Shown one piece after another: positions 12,201 through 22,281 of a stretch of DNA of 64,000 nucleotides. Source of the stretch: Thecamonas trahens ATCC 50062 (Eukaryota; Protista; Apusomonadida); contig NW_013657668.1 of the NCBI RefSeq assembly GCF_000142905.1, positions 296,492-360,491 of the forward strand. The letters run 5' to 3'. The notes under the pieces were generated by a model. That model was not told the origin of the DNA and made no database searches. It saw only the letters and a program-made list of their open reading frames with translations. A program made the translations under genes and the position numbers. Position 1 is the stretch's first letter; each line of letters starts with the position of its first letter.

Positions 12201-12592
12201 CGTCGGCGGTGCTTGCAGTGGCAACCGGCTCGTCTCCGCCGCCGCCGCTTGCGGGCGGATTCGGCTCGCTCGCCGGCATGGCGAGCATGGCGTCGACCGG
12301 CAGCGGCTCGCAGGGCGCGAGCAACAGCGGCTCGGCGAGCGTCGCTGCTGCTGCCTCGGGCGGCTCGTCGCGGCTTGCCATCTGGACCCAGCAGTCGCCC
12401 GACAACGGAGCCGGCGCGTCGCAGGCGCCCCTCCCGATGTGGCCCGGGCCTGGCGGTGCGCCGTCGCTCCCCGGTTTTGGCACGGAGCAGTACGACTACG
12501 ACGTGGCCAAGGCTCGGCAGGACGTCCTCCGTCGCGAGTCCAACCTTAAGGTTGTGATGCAGGGCGGGCGCGCCAGCGGTGATCGCTCATGA
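9203..12592 (+). CDS. CNOT4: CCR4-NOT subunit 4 E3 ligase (RING + RRM + C3H)
   Basis: C4C4 RING CPLCME..PCPCGYQ|ICRFC..CPACR is split by intron 9296-9700. Also [30 protein letters not shown] and zinc finger [11 protein letters not shown]. Confidence 0.96.
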
Positions 12593-13152
12593 CGCGGCAA
12601 GGTTGTTTTGTCGCCCCACGCCGTCATCGACTTTCTTTTCTTCCCCTCATCAACCCGCGCTTTCTCCATCCGCTTAACCACGAGCCAACGACAAGGCCAC
12701 ACGCTCTCCATGACATCGATTGACAAGACAAGACCACCCCACCACAGACAAGCAACTTCACCATCTTGACAACGCCACATCTCGCCCGATTGCAGTCTGC
12801 TCTCGGGCACATAGACCCTCCCAGCCACCCGCCATCATCAACCAAGGCACCCTCAACTACCTCGACCAACCATCAACCACCATCACAGACACAGATCACA
12901 GATCGCAGTACGACGCTTTTTGTCGTTGCTGCAACAAACACACAACACACACACATATGCCGCCGCCCACAAGCGGCGGGGCGGCGGGGTTGAGGCGGTA
13001 TCATTTTCTTCGGCTGTCAAAACGAATAATATGATGAAATGCCTGTTGGCTCCTTGATAGCCGGAAGGCAGTACGGCGTCGGGACTTGGGATGGGGGGCA
13101 GGAGCTGAGAGCGTCGAGTACCCAACTCTACTACCCAATAGCACAAGAGACC

Positions 13153-13734
13153 ATGGCCGACGTCAGCGAGCTCACGACCTCACCGCAGGTGCAGCTGTAT
13201 GCGTTTGCGCGTGCCGGGCGGCTGGATGCTATTCAGGAGCTGTTTGCGGCCGATTCGGCGCTTAACGTCAACGCCCCGGACCAGACAGGCAAGACGGTAC
13301 GAGTGCTGGGCGCAAAGAGGAAAAAGGAGTGGCGAGATGAGGGAGTCGGACTTACGTGCAGGGCGGTGTGCGGGCGGGAGGAACAGCCGCTGCACTACGC
13401 GGCGCAGTTTGGGTGGCCCGCGGTGGTAGGCTTTCTGCTGGAGCAGGGGGCGGAGCAGAGCGTGTGCGAGACGACGGGCGACACGCCGCTGCACTTTGCG
13501 GCGTTCAAGGGCCACACACAGGTGGTGCGTGTGCTGATGGAGGCCGGTGCGGACCCGACGGTGAGCAACGAGGACGGTAAGTTCCCGCATCAGCTCTGCG
13601 ATGAGGGCGGCGCGACGCACCAGGTCCTCTTCGACGCCTACTCGGAGGCGTACGCGGTGGATCCCGCGGATCTGGAGGGCTCTTCCGAGTACTCGGACGA
13701 CGACGACGACGAGGATGACGAGGATGAGGAGTGA
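13153..13734 (+). CDS. Small ankyrin-repeat protein with acidic tail
   Basis: Removing in-frame intron 13297-13386 gives GKT|PLHYAAQFG; second repeat GDTPLHFAAFKGH..LMEAGAD. Confidence 0.9.
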   Translation: MADVSELTTSPQVQLYAFARAGRLDAIQELFAADSALNVNAPDQTGKTVRVLGAKRKKEWRDEGVGLTCRAVCGREEQPLHYAAQFGWPAVVGFLLEQGAEQSVCETTGDTPLHFAAFKGHTQVVRVLMEAGADPTVSNEDGKFPHQLCDEGGATHQVLFDAYSEAYAVDPADLEGSSEYSDDDDDEDDEDEE

Positions 13735-13861
13735 TGCGGCGTTCGTTGGCACCAAGCGAAAGCTATGAGCTGTAAAGTACGACGAATCGAGGCGGCAGGC
13801 TTGAGCTCGAGCTTGATCGAGGTAGGGGGGGGGGAGAGGGACAGGTTGTGTTCACGTGTGT

Positions 13862-16800
13862 CTATTGGGTGATTTCCTTGACCGAGGCGTGCTTGGGCTC
13901 GAGGCGCTGGGAGATGGCGTAGGCGTCGTTCTCGTCGTACGGCTGCGAGAAGACGTGGTAGAGCCAGTCGCGGACGACGGGCAGCTCTGTGAGACAATAC
14001 GGGGTGTTCTGGAACTGCTGGATGGTTCTGATTTCGCGGGAGATCTTGTTTCGCTTGTCAAAGTTGATGAGGCCGTCCGCGGTCATGTTGGAGTTACCGT
14101 CCTCAATAAAGGTGAGGTCAGTGAGGGTGATGCCGAGGTAAGGGATGCAGGGCGGGTGGATTGTGCGCATGACGGCGCGGTGATTCTTGTAGTTCTTGGA
14201 GCGGTCGACAAGAGCGCAGAGGGACTCGTAGGTGGAGCGAGTCTTGGAAGAGAGGGCGTTCCAAGTGTGCTTGAGGCGGAAGATAGGCGAGAATTGCATG
14301 CCTGCGACGAGCTCCATGACGGCGTTAAAGTTGTTGAGCTTGCGGAGCTCTGCGGCGATGTGAATAAAGTGCGTGAGGACGGACTTGCGCTCGCGGAGCG
14401 ACTCTGCGCCGAGGATGCGCATGCAGACCCACTGAGAGGTGTCGTTGAAGTGGCTGATGAGCTTGCGGATGTTGTTCTCACCCTTTTCGGTCCAGGCCTG
14501 GTTGAGGCACTCCCAGGGGCGGATAGAGCAGTACATGGTGTGCTCGATGAGGGTGATTTGGCGGGCGAGCTCGCAGGCGGAGAGGCGGGTAAAGGGCTCG
14601 ATGGAGGGGTCGAGGCCAGGCGGGATTTCAACGCGCGGCGGAGCCTCGTGCATCATCTTCTCGATCTCGTCGCGGCCCTGATAGCGCTTCTCGAGGAGAG
14701 CGCGGATTTGCTGGGCGGCGCGGGCCATGCCGGACTTGGGCATGGTAGTGTCCAGAAAGTCGTGGAGCTTGGTGATGAGATCGTCGTCGGCATCGATAAA
14801 GTCGTACGAGTGCTTGTCGACCCAGGTCTTGAGGACGTTGAAGACGCGGAGGCGGATGACGGTCTGCTTCTCCTTGTTGAACCGACGAAAGTCGTCGTCC
14901 GAGTAGGTGAGCGGAGTGGCCATGTCGAAGCGCTGGATAAGAAGCTCGAGGAGGTCGATGGGACGTGTGAAGGAGCGGTAGGTGAGGAGGAAGGTGAGGA
15001 CATAGTCGGGGTCCGGGAACTTCTCGTTAGTGAGGTGCTCCACAAGGCGGGTGAGTGTGGCGGCCTTGACGAGCATGCGGTTGGAGCCCGGCTGCGAGAT
15101 GACGACCATTTCCTCGGTTTCTGCGGCGAGAGCGAAGCGGTCCTCGATGCGATGCGGGACTGAGGGCGGTGGCGGCGGAAGGGTGTCGAGGGTGAGATCT
15201 GCTGGGCGGGCGAAGGAGGTCTTGACCATGTCGCACGGCAGTGTGCGTCTGCGGGCGACTTCGGCGGTGAAGATGCCCTTTGCGGCGAGCTTGGCCTTGA
15301 TCTGCTCAGGGGTGAGCGGAACCGAGGGGAGGGCGCGGGAACGGCGGGGCTTGGGCTTGCGCGGCGAGGCTGCGGGCGCAGACTCCGGCGACGATGCTGC
15401 GGACGAGGGGGCCTTGGCAGCAGTCACGGCCTTGGGCGCCTCGGGGTAAGCGTCGGTGAGCTCTACAGTGAGCTCATTGGGGTCCGAGTTGGAGCTTGCG
15501 CCGCCGTCGAGGTCGCCGCCGTCAGAGCCTGTGTCGTCATTGCCCGACTCTCTGTCGTTGTTCTCGGTGAGTTCGAGGTTCGACTCTGTGGCGTCGTCAG
15601 TGTCGAGATCCATGCGGAGCGAGTACGACGGATCGAGGATGGCCGAGACAAGATCAAAGCCGGCGGGCAGTGGAGCCGGCGGGGTGGCCGACGTTGCGCC
15701 AGGCGTGTACGTGCCGCGTGAGCCTGGCGCGGCGAGAAAACCCGGCAGGGCAAGTGAGCCTGCGGTGGAGACCGGGCGCATGGTGTGGCGTTTGTCGCCA
15801 AACCGCGGGAGTGGAGAGCGGGTTCCTGGACCAGGCTCGTCTGAGCTATCAGAGTCAAAGCTGGCGTCTGGGTTGTCTGGGTCGTCTGCAACATCTGCAT
15901 TGTTTGCAGCCTGAGAGAGCCCGCCGTGCATGCATTCGTCTTCTGCAAGTGCGCCGTCGCCGCCAATGGTACCGTCACGATCGGTTGAGTCCGAGTCTGC
16001 GGCGGCGGCGGCGGCGATGCTTGACTCGTCATCGAACGAGTTGGGCATTGACACGATCGAGACGTGCGGCGGCGTCGACGGCGTGTTGGCGATGGACGAG
16101 CCTGCTCCTGGCGAGCCAAAGCCAAAGTCGTCGTCAAGAAAGGCCGCGACGACCGAGGCCTCGGTGGGCTCTGTCGGCTCCGAGGTCAGCTCACCGGCAG
16201 TCGTGTCGGGCGTCCCGCCGTCGGCGTCAGGCCCGACAATGGCAGCAGAGTCGGTCTCGGCTTCCCGCGGGGATGATGGCGCGGCAGTAAAGCCAAACTC
16301 GTCGTCGGCAAAGACCGATGTCGGCTCAATGGCGATGCTGGTGTCCTCACCCTCTGGCTCGGCAGCCTTGGGCGTCACGCCTGGCACGAGGAATCCAAAC
16401 GAGCTGGAGCGGGTCATGCGGTTCTGCAGCAGGCGATCTTGCGGTTTGGTGGAAGGCTCGGCCAAGGGATCGGTAGTGGGAGCCGGCTCTGCGAAGGGGT
16501 CGGAAGCCGGCTCTGGTGGCGGAGCTGACTCGGCAGGAGGAGCAGCAGGCTCGGCAGCAGGAGCAGCAGGCTCGGCAGCAGGAGCAGCAGGCTCGGCAGC
16601 AGGAGCAGCAGGCTCGGCAGGAGGAGCAGCAGGCTCGGCAGCAGGAGCAGCAGGCTCGGCAGCAGGAGCAGCAGGCTCGGCAGCAGGAGCAGCAGGCTCG
16701 GCAGCAGGAGCAGCAGGCTCGGCAACAGGAGCAGCAGGCTCGGCAGCAGGAGCAGCAGGCTCGGCAGCAGGAGCAGCAGGCTCGGCAGGAGGAGCAGCAG

Positions 16801-17170
16801 GCTCGGCAGCAGGAGCAGCAGGCTCGGCAGCAGGAGCAGCAGGCTCGGCAGCAGGAGCAGCAGGCTCGGCAGCAGGAGCAGCAGGCTCGGCAGCAGGAGC
16901 AGCAGGCTCGGCAACAGGAGCAGCAGGCTCGGCAGCAGGAGCAGCAGGCTCGACAGCAGGAGCAGCAGGCTCGGCAGCAGGAGCAGCAGGCTCGGCAGGA
17001 GGAGCAGCACCAGAGTTTGGGCTGGGCGAGTGCGAGCTGGGCGAGTGTGCAGCGGAGATCGATCGTGACGGTGGCGAAACAGCACCCGGCACAGGTATCC
17101 GTGTTAGGACCACAGATTGCTTTCGCACCGGCTTGGGTGGCGGTCGCGCACCGCGAGGGGGCGTAGACAT
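13862..17170 (-). CDS. Ras guanine nucleotide exchange factor (REM + CDC25 domains)
   Basis: REM: KAATLTRLVEHLT..FLLTYRSF..LRVFNVLKTW. CDC25: ELARQITLIE, LNNFNA, PIFRLKHTW, PPCIPYLG, DLTFIEDGN, INFDK. The start is uncertain. Confidence 0.93.
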   Translation of the reverse strand: MSTPPRGARPPPKPVRKQSVVLTRIPVPGAVSPPSRSISAAHSPSSHSPSPNSGAAPPAEPAAPAAEPAAPAVEPAAPAAEPAAPVAEPAAPAAEPAAPAAEPAAPAAEPAAPAAEPAAPAAEPAAPPAEPAAPAAEPAAPAAEPAAPVAEPAAPAAEPAAPAAEPAAPAAEPAAPAAEPAAPPAEPAAPAAEPAAPAAEPAAPAAEPAAPPAESAPPPEPASDPFAEPAPTTDPLAEPSTKPQDRLLQNRMTRSSSFGFLVPGVTPKAAEPEGEDTSIAIEPTSVFADDEFGFTAAPSSPREAETDSAAIVGPDADGGTPDTTAGELTSEPTEPTEASVVAAFLDDDFGFGSPGAGSSIANTPSTPPHVSIVSMPNSFDDESSIAAAAAADSDSTDRDGTIGGDGALAEDECMHGGLSQAANNADVADDPDNPDASFDSDSSDEPGPGTRSPLPRFGDKRHTMRPVSTAGSLALPGFLAAPGSRGTYTPGATSATPPAPLPAGFDLVSAILDPSYSLRMDLDTDDATESNLELTENNDRESGNDDTGSDGGDLDGGASSNSDPNELTVELTDAYPEAPKAVTAAKAPSSAASSPESAPAASPRKPKPRRSRALPSVPLTPEQIKAKLAAKGIFTAEVARRRTLPCDMVKTSFARPADLTLDTLPPPPPSVPHRIEDRFALAAETEEMVVISQPGSNRMLVKAATLTRLVEHLTNEKFPDPDYVLTFLLTYRSFTRPIDLLELLIQRFDMATPLTYSDDDFRRFNKEKQTVIRLRVFNVLKTWVDKHSYDFIDADDDLITKLHDFLDTTMPKSGMARAAQQIRALLEKRYQGRDEIEKMMHEAPPRVEIPPGLDPSIEPFTRLSACELARQITLIEHTMYCSIRPWECLNQAWTEKGENNIRKLISHFNDTSQWVCMRILGAESLRERKSVLTHFIHIAAELRKLNNFNAVMELVAGMQFSPIFRLKHTWNALSSKTRSTYESLCALVDRSKNYKNHRAVMRTIHPPCIPYLGITLTDLTFIEDGNSNMTADGLINFDKRNKISREIRTIQQFQNTPYCLTELPVVRDWLYHVFSQPYDENDAYAISQRLEPKHASVKEITQ
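16530..17009. repeat. 21-bp coding minisatellite (~23 copies, AAPAAEP) inside the RasGEF
   Basis: Tandem unit GCAGGCTCGGCAGCAGGAGCA on the + strand with a few single-base variants. Confidence 0.95.
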
Positions 17171-17619
17171 GCTGTGCAAGGTTGTCCCGAGTGAGTGAGG
17201 ATGCAAACTATCAGCTGCGCACATGGAAGGCAAGAGGGGGGACGACGCGGGCATGCGTTCCGGTCGGTCGCACCTTCCGCCCCGCCTCCGCCTCCACCAC
17301 CACAGCGGCCGCCGCACCACAACATAGACTGCACCATGTGGCAGTCTCGAGCAACGGTCACACACCTTTCCGCCGAGTAGCCCACGTCGTCGCTCTCTGG
17401 CTGGTTCATGTGTCCTCGAAGCAACGTACCCAGGATGTGCAGAAGCGAGAAAAGTGGTCAGGGTTGCCCGAACGTGGCGTGGCAAATCCGCAACGCTCCG
17501 TCGCTGCACCAAATCGCCGGGGCGCGTGCCTCCGGAGCCTGCAAACGCCAGCTCGCCGGCTGGCTTGGTGGGTTCGGGCCGACGGCGGCAGCGACACTCC
17601 ACGCGGCAGACCGTTTGCC

Positions 17620-18305
17620 ATGGCCAGGTCATGTGCGCTCATCACGTACAATATCATGCGGTTCTTTGTGGTCGTCGCTCTCATATTTGTGGCGGTGGCC
17701 ACAGTCCTCATTCTCATTGACTCATTTGCAGTCAACAAGGTACGCAGGACGCCCGAGCGGCGGCGGAGCGGGGGGAAAGGCACGCAGCGCGTGGCCTGCA
17801 GCCGGAGGCGGCATGGCCGGCAGCGCGGTGCCGCGGGAGAGGGGGCACAAGACTCACGTAGTGTGTGGGGGTGTGCCAGGCTGACGACGTGGCGCGCATT
17901 GTGCTCCGCATATACACGCTACTCTTCTGTGCGCTGCACATGTACGGCGAGTTCGACCCGGAGCCGCTCTACGTCTACCTCGCCTTTCTCCGCGGCTGGC
18001 TCGGGCGCGGGCTATCGCTCATTTTCCTCGCCGTCCTCACACTCGCCGCCTGCTCGGACAAGATCTCGGATACCATCGACCTCATCCGCCAGATTGCCGG
18101 CTGGACCCTCATGGGCTTTGGCACCATCTACTTTCTGCTCGGGACGTGCTGCATGGAGGATGCGCGTCGCCGCAAGATCGAGCAGCTCAACTTGACCAAC
18201 GCCACCGAGCGGGCGCTGGTCGGCCAGGCTAAGCGTGATGCCAAGAATACTACCGTGGTCCTGGAGGATCCCAACGCGGATGCCAACCAGCGCAACGCAG
18301 TGTAG
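17620..18305 (+). CDS. COPI-associated / TVP15-like Golgi membrane protein
   Basis: Exon 1 is 17620-17739, intron 17740-17879. Four TM segments and the motif YLAFLRGWLGRGLSLIF. Confidence 0.75.
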
Positions 18306-18420
18306 CGCCGCTCGCCCGCACAACCGGCATTCTCTGCCTAGAAGTCAGCAAACACACTCACACACTCACATACATCTATGCGCAAGACATGGCAGCGAGA
18401 GTTGGCTGCAGGGTCTATTA

Positions 18421-19927
18421 CTACGCCTTGAAAACAAGGTCGCTGGCGCCGTCAGCGCCGCGCGAGAGCGGCGTGTTGATGATGGCGGTAACGTCGGCGT
18501 CGGCAACGTCGGCGACCGAGCCCGATGGCCACGACGGCGGCTCCAGCTTGGCGGGAACGGAGCCCGAGGCCGGGTTGAGCGAGCCGAGGGCAGCAACGCG
18601 AGCGTACGACTCGCGGCCGACGGCAAAGTCCGGTGACTTGATAAGGCGAACGGCGGCGCGGTACTCGTCGCGCATGGCCTCGTGCAGCGTCTTATCAGCG
18701 GCAGAGCGGATGAGCTCGAACGAGACCTTGAGCGCCAGCGGCGAGCAAAAGGCGAGAGATGCCAGCATGCGGGCGCCCCACGGCGAGTTGAGGACCGACA
18801 GCCGCTCAACCAACATCTCCATGGACGGCGCCTCGCCAAAGGTCCACTCCAGCGCGCCCGACGGCTCACCGCCATCGCGCCCGGACAGGGTCTTGTCGAG
18901 GGCGGCGCGGCGGTGAGCCAGGCCTTCAGGCGACTTTTCGAGCTCGAGCCATGCTGCGTTGCCTTCGAGGTTGTCGATGAAAAATGTGAGGACGTCGTTG
19001 ATGCGCTCATACGACGCGGCGTCGGTCGTGAGCGTAGCAAGCTCATCAAGCAGCGCAGGCAGCTTGTCCGAGCCCAGGTAGTGGGTGGCAAGACCAGCGT
19101 GAAGGAGTGACCGGCCGTTGAGCCGCCGTCCGGTGAGGCCCATGTACGCGCCCATGCCAAACGGCATCCGCGCGAGCACGTACGACGCGCCTCCGGTGAC
19201 TGGCAAACCGGCTCGGACCTCGTCGACCGCCAATGACGCAGCCTCGGTCGCCACCGACCACCGCCCTGCGGCCGAGACGCCAAACGTACCCAGCGCCGCA
19301 TGACCATCGATGAGCGCAATGTGGTGGTTCTCAAACCGCGCGCTGACAAGCTCGGCAAGCTTAAAGTACTCGGCGAGGTATGCGGCCGCCTTGTCGCCGG
19401 CGAGCGCCTCGAGATCAAAGCCGGCCGAGAAGACCTTGTTGGTCTTGGGTGAAGCCTGAAGCACCACCGCCGCCACGTTGGGGTCAATCGACCACCGCTG
19501 TCCTCCACCCCCACGTCGGCATTGCCCGCCGCATTGCACCACATCGCCCCAGCATGTCGCACCCGGTGCCGTGAGTCAGCACCCATCCTGCCCTTCGCCT
19601 CTTCCCTCCCCTTCCTGCAATCTTCTCCCGCTAGCTTCGTACCGCATAGTGCTCCTGCAGCTCCGCGAGAAGGTTGCTCGAGAGCGAGGCCTTGGCCTCG
19701 GTGTCAAGCGTCACCAGGCGCAGGTTGTTGTTGGCGCGGAGGCCAAGGGCAGCGTCGCTGGCCGTGCCGCCGACGGCCTCCAGCCGCGACCGCAGCGGGC
19801 GCGAGCCGATACGCTTGCGGTACGTCGCCATGGATGCGGCGACGCCGGCCCCTGCCGCTGGCCCGCACACTCGTGCCGCGAGCCGCAGGCTCCCGGCCTG
19901 TGTTGCTGCTAGAACGCGCGTGAGCAT
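18421..19927 (-). CDS. Mitochondrial 3-hydroxyisobutyryl-CoA hydrolase-like (crotonase fold), divergent
   Basis: Arg/Ala-rich presequence; VFSAGFDL, GAYMGLTGRRL..AGLATHY, SPLALKV, SPDFAVG. Intron 19642-19498. Confidence 0.8.
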
Positions 19928-20103
19928 GGCTAGTAGGGTGCAGCGTCGAGTGTTCGTCGGCGGGCGAGAGATGCCGGTGCAAGCAGCGGCAGCTCGAGCG
20001 AGCCGAGCTTTTCCGGCCGATGCGGAGGAAAGCTGTGTCATTTACGGATGCTTTGCGCTGGAGCACTGCGGCGCGGCGGCCATGCTGCGGACAACGCAGG
20101 CAG

Positions 20104-21049
20104 CTAGCGGCCAAGAAGCTTGCGCTTCTTCTTGGGCGGTTCGGGGACGGGCATAGCCTTGATGTCGACGCCGACCTCCTCATCGGTCTCGACGCCCATC
20201 AGCTCCAGCAGCGCTGCGGGCTTCTTGCCCGAGTTCTCAGCGAGCAGGTCGACACAGTCCTTGATGATGCGCTTGCGCTTCTTCCATGTCTTGTGCGCCT
20301 CGGCGTAGACGTTTGCCAGCTTGTTGAGGTCGTCTCGCGAGAGCATCTCTCGGTCCGACAGCTCGAGCTTCTCGAGCTTGGCCGACTTGCTCGCATACTC
20401 TTCGCGGAGCGCACTGAGCTCAGCTTGGAGCGCCTCGTTGGTCGGCATCGCTTCGAGTGCCTTGTTACGTCCGGCGAGGTTGACCAGGGCTGAGTCGAGA
20501 TCCTCCACCTCGGCCTGGAGTTCCGCGATGCTGGCGTCGACCTCGGCGAGCTCCTCCTCGGACAGCTGAGGCAGATTGTCCTGCGAGATGACATAGATCT
20601 TCTGCTTCTTGTACATCTTCTTGGTCAACACGCCTTCGTCTGCGAGAACGTCCATCATCTTGACAACAGCTGTGCGGGTGAACATGCCGGCGAGGCCGTC
20701 CACCAGGTTGGTGTTGTTGAACGGCCGATTCTCCTGGTGGGGCGTGAGTCGCTCTCGTCTTGCTCCCCGCTTGCACACACACACACACTCGCTCGCTCTC
20801 ATGCAACACCAAACTTACCCGTGTAAAGTACTCAATCATGGCCTTCCGGACTGTGTGGTGGTGCGTGTGGACGGTGAGTATGCAACGGGAAGGGGGGGGG
20901 GGGGGGGGGGGAGGGGGAGCAAGAAACACGACCTTTTTCGGGCACGACGTACGCTGGCCCTCGTCACCCTTGGCCTTGGAGGACCTGGAGGACTTGGACC
21001 TGGAGGACTTGGACTTGGAGGACTTGGAGGGCTTGGAAGACTTGGCCAT
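20104..21049 (-). CDS. HOP2: HOP2 / TBPIP meiotic recombination factor
   Basis: Spliced exons 21049-20953, 20850-20819 and 20733-20104 give IEYFTR|ENRPFN..KMYKKQKIY winged helix, a coiled coil, WKKRKRI and MGVETDE. Confidence 0.88.
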
Positions 21050-21056
21050 GTCGATT

Positions 21057-21093
<37 letters not shown>

Positions 21094-21395
21094 AGGGGGG
21101 GTGGGGGTGGGAGGAGAAGAGAGTCGAGTGGTCGGTGGTGAGGTGTGAGGTGACGAGTCGATGATGACCGGACGTTAGCATAGCTTACGACTTGTAGCGG
21201 CGAGCCGCACGAGACGCACAGGTCATTGCATCGATGATCAAAATCGGATTCTGTAGCTTGTCTTGCGATGAAAGGGTAGCCAAAGCTAGCCAGCCACAAC
21301 CACAGATAGATATTGCTGTGCACTATTATTGTAGGCTAGGGTTGGAAAGCTTGCTACCACTGATTCCACGTCTCGCCACTTTGTTCAGTCCAGAT

Positions 21396-22264
21396 AGGTG
21401 ACTGGGTGACTATCCTATACATATAAAAGCCTCAAAAATCAGTCCTCAAATGTCAAAAATAATACATTTATATAATACTTACGACAATACGGACTACAAT
21501 TTGTATTTTTTTGACATCAAAAATATATTCATGCGATGGCTTCGGTCCCCAGAGGTGACTGGGTGACAATCCTATACATATAAAAGCCTCAAAAATCAGT
21601 CCTCAACTGTCAAAAATAATACATTTATATAATACTTACGACAATACGGACTACAATTTGTATTTTTTTGACATCAAAAATATATTCATGTTTTTATGTA
21701 AATAAGTTTATATAAGTATATAGTTTTGAATTGGTAAGGGGTCACTTAGCTCTCGCAACAGTCGCTCACAGAGATCGCCTTCTACGGGCAGCGAACAACG
21801 GCTACGAGGTTGTCCTTGTAATAGTCACGTACGGCATCAAGTAGTGTACATCGTCGTGAGAGTGGCTTGCTTGCCAACGCGTCAGATCGCGAGCAAATGC
21901 GTGAAACGCTACCCAGGCGAGAGCCATGAACAGCGCCAATCACTCCCACCGCACAATACGGACTACAATTTGTATTTTTTTGACATCAAAAATATATTCA
22001 TGTTTTTATGTAAATAAGTTTATATAAGTATATAGTTTTGAATTGGTAAGGGGCCACTTAGCTCTCGCAACAGTCGCTCACAGAGATCGCCTTCTACGGG
22101 CGGCGAACAACGGCTACGAGGTTGTCCTTGTAATAGTCACGTACGGCATCAAGTAGTGTACATCGTCGTGAGAGTGGCTTGCTTGCCAACGCGTCAGATC
22201 GCGAGCAAATGCGTGAAACGCTACCCAGGCGAGAGCCATGAACAGCGCCAATCATTCCCACCGC
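21396..22264. repeat. AT-rich island with nested duplications
   Basis: A ~138-bp unit occurs at 21396-21533 and 21553-21690. A ~312-bp tandem duplication occupies 21641-21952 and 21953-22264. The core is strongly AT-rich against a GC-rich background. Confidence 0.92.
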
Positions 22265-22281
22265 TCACGCAACTCGGACTT

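Noticed and set aside
16414-17198. Poly-Leu, QEQQAR and GAAGSAA ORFs
   Set aside because: Alternate-frame and antisense shadows of the 21-bp repeat within the RasGEF CDS.
21396-22264. CRISPR-like or tRNA/rRNA interpretation of the repeats
   Set aside because: No short repeat-unique spacer periodicity, no cas genes, and no cloverleaf or rRNA motifs; the context is eukaryotic.
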